IMG/VR virus record: IMGVR_UViG_3300042318_000318
Coordinates: 1 to 31,067 of that record
DNA length: 31,067 nt
Direction: 5' to 3' (one strand)
DNA from: a virus
Taxonomy: Duplodnaviria; Caudoviricetes
Of this stretch, positions 8,844 to 18,800 are shown piece after piece. Numbering within the stretch: position 1 is the first letter of the stretch; each line of letters starts with the position of its first letter. The translations under genes and the position numbers were made by a program. Below the pieces are notes generated by a model. It was not told the origin of the DNA, ran no database searches, and saw only the letters and a program-made list of their open reading frames with translations.

Positions 8844-9226
8844 TAGAATTAATAAAGAAAATTTCTGAAGCTAAAGAAGATGTTGTATTTGTAGGAAGTG
8901 TATCTTTTTGGAATTTAAAATTAATAACTACTCCTCATGATATAGATATAGTTGTTAAAGATTTAGATGGACTAGAAATATTTGGTAAAATAGATACTTG
9001 GGAATCAAAATCTCCTATGAGTATAAGTGGTAAAAGAGCTTGTATCAAAAGAGAAGATTACACTATAGATATTTTTATTGAAGATGTCTTCCCTGAGTTT
9101 ACTATTACAGATGGAATTAAATTTGAAACTTTAGAAGCTTGGAAAAAATATATGGATCTAGTTATTGATTCTTCAGAAGGAGAATTCAAAGATAGAATGA
9201 TAAAGAAAAAAGAAAGGTTTCTTTAA
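8840..9226 (+). CDS. Small Pol-beta-superfamily nucleotidyltransferase-like protein (128 aa)
   Basis: hhGS-x13-DID (VFVGSVSFWNLKLITTPHDIDIVV) and a third acidic strand (IDIF) match the NTase signature. ATG at 8840 is coupled to the upstream stop and is a better start than TTG 8831. Confidence 0.65.
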   Translation: MIELIKKISEAKEDVVFVGSVSFWNLKLITTPHDIDIVVKDLDGLEIFGKIDTWESKSPMSISGKRACIKREDYTIDIFIEDVFPEFTITDGIKFETLEAWKKYMDLVIDSSEGEFKDRMIKKKERFL

Positions 9227-9273
9227 TTGTATGATTATAAAAAACTCTTGTTTTGTTGGTTTTACAAGGTTTT

Positions 9274-9306
9274 CTCCCTAGGCATTTGTCTGGGGAGTTT
9301 TTATTT
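9274..9306 (+). terminator. Rho-independent terminator ending the fibre/NTase operon
   Basis: CTCCCTAGGC-ATTT-GTCTGGGGAG forms a 10-bp stem (two G-U), followed by TTTTTATTT. Confidence 0.8.
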
Positions 9307-9333
9307 ATAACTAATTTGATTATAAATAATTAC
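9303..9333. promoter_or_regulatory. Conserved palindromic upstream element, copy 1
   Basis: ATTTATAACTAATTTGATTATAAATAATTAC, 29/31 identical to 24756-24786; core TTTATAA-N9-TTATAAA. Confidence 0.7.
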
Positions 9334-9350
9334 AGCTCTAACTAAAATTA

Positions 9351-9383
9351 TTTGGAATATATAAAAACAATTGTTTATCTTTA
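9351..9383 (+). promoter_or_regulatory. Bacteroidota primary-sigma-type promoter (-33/-7)
   Basis: TTTG (9351-9354), 21-nt spacer, TATCTTTA (9376-9383; one mismatch to TAnnTTTG), 28 nt upstream of ATG 9412. Confidence 0.65.
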
Positions 9384-9411
9384 CGATATTTTTTAACTAA
9401 TATGAATACAT

Positions 9412-10623
9412 ATGTCTGAAAATCAAAGCTTGTTATGTCAATTAGAAGAGTTATTAACGCAGAAGAAGAGTAAAAAATTCTATGCAGAGAAGTTAGGAAT
9501 AAGTGAATATGAAGTGAATGAGCTCATGAGAGAGCTTAAAGAAAAAGATACAGAACCTACAAGAAACTATACAGAAGAACGAAAGGTGAATGTTGAGAGA
9601 GGAACAATAGAAAGTACAATTGTAACTGACCATGAACCTAAAGATGATCTTGAACTAGCTAAGCTACACAAGATAAACCTAGATAAATACATCATAACCA
9701 ACTACTGGTCTAAGATGTTACCAAGTGGGAAGTTTACTTCCTCAGTGTTCTCAAAACTAAAACAAGCAAAAGACTACTCCCCTGAAGACTTTGCTAGATT
9801 CTTAGAAAACTACAAACCCACAAACATATCAATTACCAAGGTAGATCGTACTAATAGTAAAGACTATGTAGATGTAGAAATATCTATATCTGATTATCAT
9901 TTAGCTAAGAGAACAGTAGATGGTGATAATGATCCATCAACCAGAGCTTTGAGATATTTTAATGTGGCTCAGTCTTTGATTAATAAAGTGGAAGCTAATT
10001 ACAATGTAAACACTGTAGTGTTGCCTATATCAAATGATTTCTTTCATACTGATAACTATCAACATCAAACTACAAATGGTACACCACAGGACACTATAAT
10101 GGATTACCATTCAGAATATGAATTAGGATTCGCTGTTCTTGTAGATACAATCAATATGTTGAGACAACATTCTAGCACTGTACAAGTAGTGCTAGTACAA
10201 GGTAATCATGATAGAACTAAGTCTTTCTATTTAGCTCATGCGTTAGATGTATATTTCAAGAAAGATCTTGATGTAGAATTTATAAGAGAGCATTCAACTA
10301 TTAAAGGAATCACATTAGGTAATACATTTATTGGTTGGCACCATGGTAACTGTAAGTTAGAAGATCTTCCTTTATTGTTTGCAACACATCCTCAATATAG
10401 TCAATCATTTGGTAATGCTAAATACAGAGAGGTGCACACAGGAGATAAACATCACTACATGGCTAAAGAAGTCAAAGGTGTAAGAATACAACAAATGCCT
10501 AGCTTATCTGGAACAGATAGATGGCACTTAGATAATAACTTCGTACACTCAGTACGTGCAGCTCTTGCTCTAGTTTATGATTATGACCTAGGTAAAATAG
10601 CAGAGTTTGAAACTCGAATATAA
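9412..10623 (+). CDS. Calcineurin-like metallophosphoesterase with N-terminal HTH-like segment (403 aa)
   Basis: Ordered metal-binding motifs SDYH, NDFFHTD, GNHD, HHG, GDKHH. N-terminal KKFYAEKLGISEYEVNELMRELK resembles an HTH. Confidence 0.8.
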   Translation: MSENQSLLCQLEELLTQKKSKKFYAEKLGISEYEVNELMRELKEKDTEPTRNYTEERKVNVERGTIESTIVTDHEPKDDLELAKLHKINLDKYIITNYWSKMLPSGKFTSSVFSKLKQAKDYSPEDFARFLENYKPTNISITKVDRTNSKDYVDVEISISDYHLAKRTVDGDNDPSTRALRYFNVAQSLINKVEANYNVNTVVLPISNDFFHTDNYQHQTTNGTPQDTIMDYHSEYELGFAVLVDTINMLRQHSSTVQVVLVQGNHDRTKSFYLAHALDVYFKKDLDVEFIREHSTIKGITLGNTFIGWHHGNCKLEDLPLLFATHPQYSQSFGNAKYREVHTGDKHHYMAKEVKGVRIQQMPSLSGTDRWHLDNNFVHSVRAALALVYDYDLGKIAEFETRI

Positions 10624-10625
10624 TT

Positions 10626-11354
10626 ATGGCAACATTAAGAAAATTAGTCAGTGATGTTAGAAGTGTCCACAAGATACTTTCTACAGATAGTCTTATTACA
10701 GATAGAGCAATCGCATCTGAGATAAGAAATAACTCTTTGTTATTAATCAAGAGAGAGACCAATCTTAGAAAGCTTTGGGCAACTGATACATTATTCACTA
10801 CCATCCCTTGTTTAGAGATGATAGAGGTATCTATTTCTGAATGTTGCAACTATGTAGATCCTTGTTCTATAGCTAGAACTAGATTTAAACTTCCACGTAT
10901 ATCAGAAGGTAATTACCAATATGTAATACAAGGGGTATATTCTATTAATGCTATGAGTGGTCAAGGAAAGAAATTAAAAGAAATAACTATCAATAGATAT
11001 ATAAATCTTTTAAAACTTCCTATCATTAAGAAAGAAGAATACTTCTGGATATCTAATGGATATCTATATGTAAACAATCCTTTGCTTAAAGCAATTAGAT
11101 TTGTTGCATTGTTTGAGGAAGATGTTGAAAATGAAATCATGTATCCAGAATGTGGATGCGGAACTCCAGAATATACTATCGATGAGATATGTAAGAATCC
11201 TTTAGATAAAGAATTTCCTCTTCCTGGATACCTAGAACAACAAGTTTTAGAATTAACATCAAAGAAACTATTGTCTACATATTTCAATCTTAAAACTGAT
11301 ACTAGTCAAGAAGGAATAGATGGTCAAGCACCAAACTCAAAACCAACTAATTAA
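10626..11354 (+). CDS. crAss-like tail ring/neck structural protein (242 aa)
   Basis: Pattern TDSLITDR..I...LI...TIPCLE...ECC...C...RT...LP...NGYLY...FE...C...D..FPLP recalls crAss-like ring proteins. Lies directly before IHF-like and tail tubular genes; TAATG overlap with the next gene. Confidence 0.65.
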   Translation: MATLRKLVSDVRSVHKILSTDSLITDRAIASEIRNNSLLLIKRETNLRKLWATDTLFTTIPCLEMIEVSISECCNYVDPCSIARTRFKLPRISEGNYQYVIQGVYSINAMSGQGKKLKEITINRYINLLKLPIIKKEEYFWISNGYLYVNNPLLKAIRFVALFEEDVENEIMYPECGCGTPEYTIDEICKNPLDKEFPLPGYLEQQVLELTSKKLLSTYFNLKTDTSQEGIDGQAPNSKPTN

Positions 11355-11830
11355 TGAGAACAAAAATTGATTGGAGATCTTCTAGCAAAGAAAACTATAA
11401 TCAGTTTTGCAAAAGACACCCCTCTATAACCCTTACATATGATGAGTGGAGAAATATTATCTACACATACAATGAATTCTTTAAGGAGTATATTTTAGAG
11501 ACTGGTGAGAAAGCAAAGCTGCCTTATGGATTTGGAGAGTTCTCTATCAATAAAAAGAAAAGAAGAAAGATAAAACTAGCTGATGGAAAAGAATTTGTTA
11601 ACCTACCAATCGACTGGCAAAAGACTAAAGAGAAAGGAAAAGTTATATATAATTTTAATTATCATACAGAAGGTTATTTTTTTGGTTGGATGTGGTTTAA
11701 AACCACAGCACGTTTTAAAAATTCTGACCTTTGGTATTTCAAACCTTCTAGATTAACCTCAAGACTTTTATCACACTACTTGAAAACCAGCGACAAGTAT
11801 CAACACATTTACAACGAATGGAAAAAATAA
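11354..11830 (+). CDS. crAss-like IHF/HU-family DNA-binding protein (158 aa)
   Basis: HU/IHF-like ILETGEKAKLPYGFGEFSI, plus IDWQKTKEKGKVIYNFNYHTEGY and YFKPSR motifs typical of the IHF-like gene in the crAss tail module. Confidence 0.75.
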   Translation: MRTKIDWRSSSKENYNQFCKRHPSITLTYDEWRNIIYTYNEFFKEYILETGEKAKLPYGFGEFSINKKKRRKIKLADGKEFVNLPIDWQKTKEKGKVIYNFNYHTEGYFFGWMWFKTTARFKNSDLWYFKPSRLTSRLLSHYLKTSDKYQHIYNEWKK

Positions 11831-11833
11831 ATT

Positions 11834-12808
11834 ATGTCGTACTATTATAAATATGCTTTCATTAGCCCAGAACCTGTCTACTCAACTGTTAAAGAAGAAT
11901 TAAAATCTTATTTTGATACAGGTGCTGTAGACGATTTGTTATTTCCTACCTACTTAGATAAATGTCTAAAGAAGTTAGGTAGAACAACCTATGTAATTAG
12001 TGAAGAAGTTTTATTTGTTGAAGACTTTGAAGCAAGACTTCCTGATAACTTTTATGCTGTTAGAGAAGCATGGATGACTACAGAGGTAGCTGGATATCCA
12101 TATCAATCAGCTAATTCATTTTATTCACAAGCAGCTTCTGCTACCACTATCCAAGTGGCTCCATTAACTATTGGAGGAACTCCTTGTAATAGACCTGGTT
12201 GTCAAGTTCCACAATGTGATGGTACATGTATGCCTGTATTAGTTCAAGCTGTTTACAAAACAAATAACACTGTTGCTAGAGGGTTCACCCATGACTATTT
12301 ACTTAAGCCTGGAAACATCTCTGCAAGACAAAACTGTGGAGTGGAGTATACAAATGCTTGGGACTTCTATGCTGAAGCTCCTCCTATCCATGAGTTCACT
12401 CCTGGTGCTGCTAGTTATGATAGCTTTGATATACGAGATAATAAGTTTGTAACTAATTTTAGAAGTGGTGTTGTACATTTAATATTCTATGCTACAGAGT
12501 ATGATGAGATAGGAAATCAATTGATTCCTGACAATTATCGTATTAGAGAGTATGTAGAAGCATTCCTTAAGTTTAAGATATTTGAAACTCTTACAAATCA
12601 AACTAATGATGAAACTTTCAATCAGTTACAACAGAAGTTGATGTATCATAAACAAGCCTATGAAGAATCTTATATCATGGCTGAGATTGAAATGAAGAAA
12701 CAAACTCCTTGGGAGAAACAAAGAAGGATCAAGAATGACCTTAATAGATTTAATATGTATGAACTTCCTAACCGTACTAACAGATATGGTAGAAGACGTA
12801 ATAATTAA
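11834..12808 (+). CDS. Tail tubular / ring protein (P22 gp4-like in crAss annotation) (324 aa)
   Basis: Synteny IHF -> tubular -> stabilization protein. Motifs ARLPDNFY..., FVTNFRSGVVHLIFYA...DEIGNQLIPD...EYVEAFLKFK. Confidence 0.7.
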   Translation: MSYYYKYAFISPEPVYSTVKEELKSYFDTGAVDDLLFPTYLDKCLKKLGRTTYVISEEVLFVEDFEARLPDNFYAVREAWMTTEVAGYPYQSANSFYSQAASATTIQVAPLTIGGTPCNRPGCQVPQCDGTCMPVLVQAVYKTNNTVARGFTHDYLLKPGNISARQNCGVEYTNAWDFYAEAPPIHEFTPGAASYDSFDIRDNKFVTNFRSGVVHLIFYATEYDEIGNQLIPDNYRIREYVEAFLKFKIFETLTNQTNDETFNQLQQKLMYHKQAYEESYIMAEIEMKKQTPWEKQRRIKNDLNRFNMYELPNRTNRYGRRRNN

Positions 12809-12813
12809 CACTC

Positions 12814-15800
12814 ATGGCTGAAGAAAAAGAACAAGGCAATATAAGACTAGAATATAACAATGCTACTGTTGGTTTAAATATGGATCAAACTTTGAACCAA
12901 ATTAAACCAGGTACTCTTACATATGCACTAAATGCTGCCTTAGAAAACTTTGATGCTAGTTCTGTTAATTATCAGAATGAGCAAGGGAATGAACTTTGTG
13001 TAAATTTCCCACAAGGGTTTACATTGATAGGTAATCATTTTATTTCAGAACAAAGCAAACATATATTCTTTATTACCAATCCTAATACAGGAGATAGTCA
13101 GATTGGCTATATGGATAACAATGATTGTATCTATCATATATTAGTAAATGCCCTATGTCTTAATTTTAATACAAAATATCCAATACAGAAAACTGTACAT
13201 AAAATTACAAATTGTACTACAGAGATATATTGGACAGATGGATTCAATCCTAGAAGATATTTAGATATTAATAATATTCCTTATATAATAGATCCTGCAT
13301 TTGATTTATGTAATCCTGAATATACTGATCAGGTGGATTGTAATCAATTAAAGATACAACCTAATTTTAGTATTCCAGAATTATCTATTTCAGATGTAAT
13401 TACTGGTGGAGAATTAAAAGCAGGAACTGTACAGTTTGCTATACAATATTGTGATGCTGCTGGTAATTCATTTACATCATACTATTCTATTACCAATCCT
13501 ACACCTATTGTTGATCCATTTATTACAACAGTTAATTATAACTACACTGTTGGTAAATCAGTTGTAGTTGATATTACAAATCTTGATATTTCAGGACAAT
13601 ATCAGTATTATAACTTAGCAGTTATTACCACTGTGAATGCTATAACTTCTGTACAATTAGTAGGCACATACTTCATTGAAAATGATACTGACCAAGTGGT
13701 ATACACAGGTCAAAATGTAGATAGCATTCGTTTAACAATTGCTGACATATTTGAGAAGTTTCCTTATTATGATATTGCACAAGATGTAACAGCTGTACAA
13801 GATATACTTGTATGGGACAACCTTACATCTATAGATAGACTTAACTATCAATCTATTGCTAGTCAAATAAATCTTAAATGGCAAACATATAGAGTGCCTA
13901 AAGATGAAAACTATTCTGATGAATTAAATGCTACAAACTTACGTGGATATCTACGTGATGAGGTGTATGCATTTGAGATTGTATTCTTATTAAAGAATGG
14001 AAAACAAACAGATGGATTTCATATTCCTGGTAGAGTAATAACCCCACAAGAACAAGCTCTTCCAAATATTCCTGTTACTGATAATGATTTTATTGGTGAA
14101 CCAGAACCAAATACAAACTATAGTCCTTATTGGAAGATATATAATACAGCATCTGTTATAGGACCTGCAACAGGAGATCCTATTGGTAATGCTACACCAT
14201 ATGAATATGGTGAGTTTGCTTATTGGGAATCTACAGAAGAGTATCCTTGTAACGTAGATGTATGGGGTGATCTTGCTGGTCAACCTATTAGACATCATAA
14301 ATTTCCAGATGTTCTTGTAAGTCCTATATTTGAGAATCCTATATATGTGTATTCAGGAACTCAAGTTGTTCCTGTAATGCAGAATGATGCAGTGTTACCT
14401 ATAGGTGTAAGAGTTGATATTGGAGAGATCAGTAAATTAATTATTGATTCAGAATTAACAGCTGAACAAAAAGATGATATAGTTTCATTCAAGATAGTAA
14501 GAGGTGATAGAGGAACAAACAAATCTATTATAGCTAAAGGGATACTTCGTAATGTTGGATCTTATGTGAGACAAGATCAAACTCTTTACTATCCAAACTA
14601 TCCATATAATGATCTTAATGCAGATCCTTTTTTAAATTCAAGTAATAATGCATACAATCAGATATCTAGTCCATGGTTAGTTATTTGTACAGTGAGTGGA
14701 ACTGTTCAATTTAACGATCCTAACACAAATCAAACTGGTACAAAAGATATGGTTGCTGGACAAACATTAGAATTTTGTTCAACAACTAGACCTACAACAT
14801 TAACTGGTGTTGCAACAATTGGTCCTGCAAACTTTGACTCATATTTTATAAGTGGATGTCGTGGATGTAGAGGATATAGAGCAAACTGGGCATCTCCCTT
14901 CACTTCAGATAATACTTTATTCACGTTATTTGATCCATGGATAGATGGTAACAGTGCCATCTTTGGTGGTGGTTGTAGTACTGAACAAGCAATAGTTAAT
15001 GTTGGTGGAAACACAGGTGATGATTGTGATAATCCTTGGTATAGAGTATGTAAATGTAATGCAGTTTCTGATCTAGAACCTCAAGAAATTCAACCTCTTG
15101 GAGTTGTAAACTTTAATAGAAGTAGAAGATCTTCACTTAACTGTGGAGTGCAAACACCTGTTCCTGCTTTTACTGGAGGAATTTTAAACTACAGACAAAT
15201 ATTTAATTCTCCAGAAACTTCTTTTGGACAACCATTCTTAGGTGATGTATTAAAACTTGAGAATGTAATGTTTGGTGCTGGTAGAGCACACTTTGTTCAA
15301 GTGAAAAGTAATGCTAAATATAAATTGCTTACAGAAGACGCTCAAAGAGATGCATTAAATAGTTCTAGAGATTTAGCTAGTATTACTAGTCCTTTTAATG
15401 CTGGAGCAATGTTCACTGCATATCAAGCATATTTAACAATCTATACTAATGGTATTACAAGAAAGAATTACGCTTATTCATATAACTCAATAGCTAACTA
15501 TGACTATTCTGGAGATATAGATAATAACCTTGGAATTAAACAAAGAACAATTGATTTTGCTCGTTACCTTATTCCAGGTGTTCAATCTGTTGGAGAGCCA
15601 GGTGGTATCAATGTAAATAACTATGAGAGAGAAAGTTCTGTATATATTAAAACTATACAAGATAGAGAAGGTAATCCAGTTACAGCTTTAGAGTTTCCTA
15701 GTAAAACTCCAAGTCTTGTTGTAGCAGGAAATTCTATAATTACAGATGTATCTAGAAGAACTATTTCAAGTAGTGGTGTATGTAATGCTCCAGGTAAAGA

Positions 15801-18800
15801 AAAACCTATTAGTGTAGTATCTTATTATGCTTCTATGAAGAATTCATTTGTAAACCAATGGGGACAGATGTATTCATATGTTACAATTGATACAGGTTTT
15901 CAAAGAAAAGTTAATCCAATATCATTAGAAATTGCTACTGTGTTTGGTGGAGATACATTCATATCTAGATTTACATTCAAAACAAAACTCCCTTTCTTTA
16001 TAGATAACAGAGTTAACGCTCCTGATGATTCAGACATATTCTATGATGAAATAGGTAACATAGCCTATCCAAAATACTGGCACTCTGCTAGATCTATATT
16101 GAAAGATTATACAGTTGGTGGTGTAGTGATGTCAAACCTTATTTCATATAAAGCTAATAACTTTGATTGTCCTAATTATAATCCTGTTACAGGTGTAATG
16201 AATGCACCTAGTGGTTCAAATAGAACATTCTATGATGGATTCTTCTATTTGTTTGCATATGGTATTCCTAACTTTTATTGTGAGAGTTCTTACAATTTAG
16301 ATCTTAGACAAGCATTCAATAATAGAGAAGGAGATTACTGGCCACATGTATCAACAGGTATTCCTGATGAATGGGTGCAAGAAGATTTTGTATCTATAGC
16401 AAATGATAATACATATACATACAATGTAACATTCTCTAAACAGAATAAAGAGAATACATTTACACATTTACCTGCAGACTGGACTAGTCAATTTTGTTAT
16501 ACATATTATCCATTTAGAGCAATCTATTCTGATTCACAAATTGTAGATGCTGATAATAGAGTTAACAACTGGTTAACTTATAGAGCATTGTCATATTATG
16601 ATTTCCCTCAGAATTATGGAGGACTTATATCATTAGATGGTATTCAGAATAAAGCTGTACTTGCTAGATTTGAAAACAAATCTTTAATGTACAATAACTT
16701 ATTGACAGTTAACACAAGTAACCCACAAGCTGCATATTTAGGTAATCCTAATTTATTTGCAGGAGCACCTCCTATTGACTTTGCTGAAACAGATCTTGGA
16801 TATGTAGGAAGTCAGAATAAAATGTTATTAAAGATTCCTCAAGGACAGGTTACAGTAGATGCTAAGAGAGGACAAGTGTTCTTAATTTCTGGAACACAAG
16901 CTGTAGATCTTTCTGCATTTGGCAGTGGTATGAATAGATTCTTTACAGACCACTTAGCGTTTGAAATATTAAGATATTTTCCAAAGGTTAATACAGATAA
17001 TAACTTTACTGGTATAGGACTTCATGGTGTATACGATAGTAAATTTGATAGAGTTATTCTTACTAAGTTAGATTACATTCCTGTTGATACAGATGTTGTA
17101 TATGATCCTATATCACAAGAGTTCTATGTAGAAGATTTAGTTAATGGTGTTGTATTAAGAACACAAGTGTATGTAACAGATCCTGATTACTTCTGTAATA
17201 AATCTTGGACAATATCATTTAATTTCAATACTAAGAGTTGGGTAAGCTTTCATAGTTACATTCCTAATTTCTATATAGGAGAAAATAATTTCTTTTATTC
17301 AGGAATCAATGGATGTTGTGATGATGTTAGTTTTGAAGCATTAGTTGGAAATTTAATTCCTGCTACAACCACTACTAGTACAACAGGTGTTCCAACAACT
17401 ACCACCACTTCTACTACAGGTGTTCCAACAACTACTACAACAACCACTGTATTATCTTGTGGTCTAGCAGGAACAGGTGTGATCACTGTACCTCCTCCTC
17501 CTACCACAACTACAACAACTATATGTTCTAGACCTGCTGGATTAAACCTATATGGATTCTATACTGGATACCAAGTAGGTACTGATCCTCCAGTTGTTTC
17601 TACAGGAAGTCTTTCGGAAGCTTGTGCTGCAATTACATTTACAGCTTCTACTTCTGTAACCATGACTGGTTTCTCAGTTAATGCAGCAAATCTTTTAATT
17701 GGAGATACAGTTTATTATGGTGTAAGTACAGATTGTACATTAGCTCCTGATGGTTGGTATTTTACAGATGAAAGTGAGGCAGAAGAATTTGCATATCATG
17801 TAGTGGGTGGAATTGTTACAGAAATTTCAAGTTGTCAAACTGGAACAACCACTTCAACAACTACATTAGTTCCTGGTATTCCAACATGTTGTGGAATAAT
17901 ATTTAGTGAAGGAAATGTAATAACTCTTCTTAATACAGATGGATCTTTAAGTACATTATCAGTGCCAGGATATACAAGCTCTTATGGAATAGAATTAACA
18001 TCAGATAAACTTTTTTCTATAAGCACTCAAATTAAAGAATGGAATATTACAACAAGTCCTTTCAGTGCAGTGTTCAGTAGAAACGTAGCACTTCCTGTAG
18101 GATTTACAACTGCTTCTGGTATATCATCATTGAGTAATACAGTATTGATTGCTGTAGATTCATCAACAAGTCCTCAAGAAGTGGTTCAATTAGATATTAC
18201 AACTGCCACTGCAGTTTCAACAACTATCTTTACATTACAAACAGATAGAGTTGCTGTAAGTAATCCATTGTATGCAAGTTCTAATAAACTATTAATACTT
18301 AATCAGGATTCAGTTACATCAACATACTATCTTACTCAGTATGATTATGCAACATATGTTATAGATCTTGATATAGATCTTGGATCAGTAGTGCCTACTT
18401 CTCTTTTCTCATGTAACTGTAGTACATTTGTTACAGATACTAATGGAGATATTTATATAGTTAATTCAGCTGCTCCTTATGAATTGATATTTACAAGTGT
18501 ACTTGGAATAGTTCCTAATTCAGCTGCTCAGTCAAATGCATGTGTGATATGTTCATTAACAGATAATGGAAATCTTACCACTACAACTAGTACCACTGCT
18601 CTTATTGAACATTTTTGCTATAGAGTACAAGTAACAAATACTTGTCAGATTAGTTGGATTGATTATTCAAATGTATCACAGACTCAAGTTGTATCAAATA
18701 ATACAATTTATATATGTGCAAAAGAGAATTCAGTTACATCAGCATGTACAGCAGGTAGTTCAGTAGCAATTACAGGTGGAATAACTTTATGTACAAGCAC

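Noticed and set aside
9241-9273. Second hairpin AAAAC(T)CTTG...CAAGGTTTT before the terminator
   Set aside because: Weak AT-rich stem with a bulge and a 14-nt loop; cannot be distinguished from chance without comparative data.
498-17507. Minus-strand poly-Val ORFs (498-686, 1662-2414, 4423-4971, 7119-7382, 8043-8315, 17295-17507) and the + strand Leu/Gln ORF 1994-2362
   Set aside because: They are antisense or frame-shift shadows of Thr/Ser codon tracts, which lack stops in those frames; they lie within longer coherent + strand genes.
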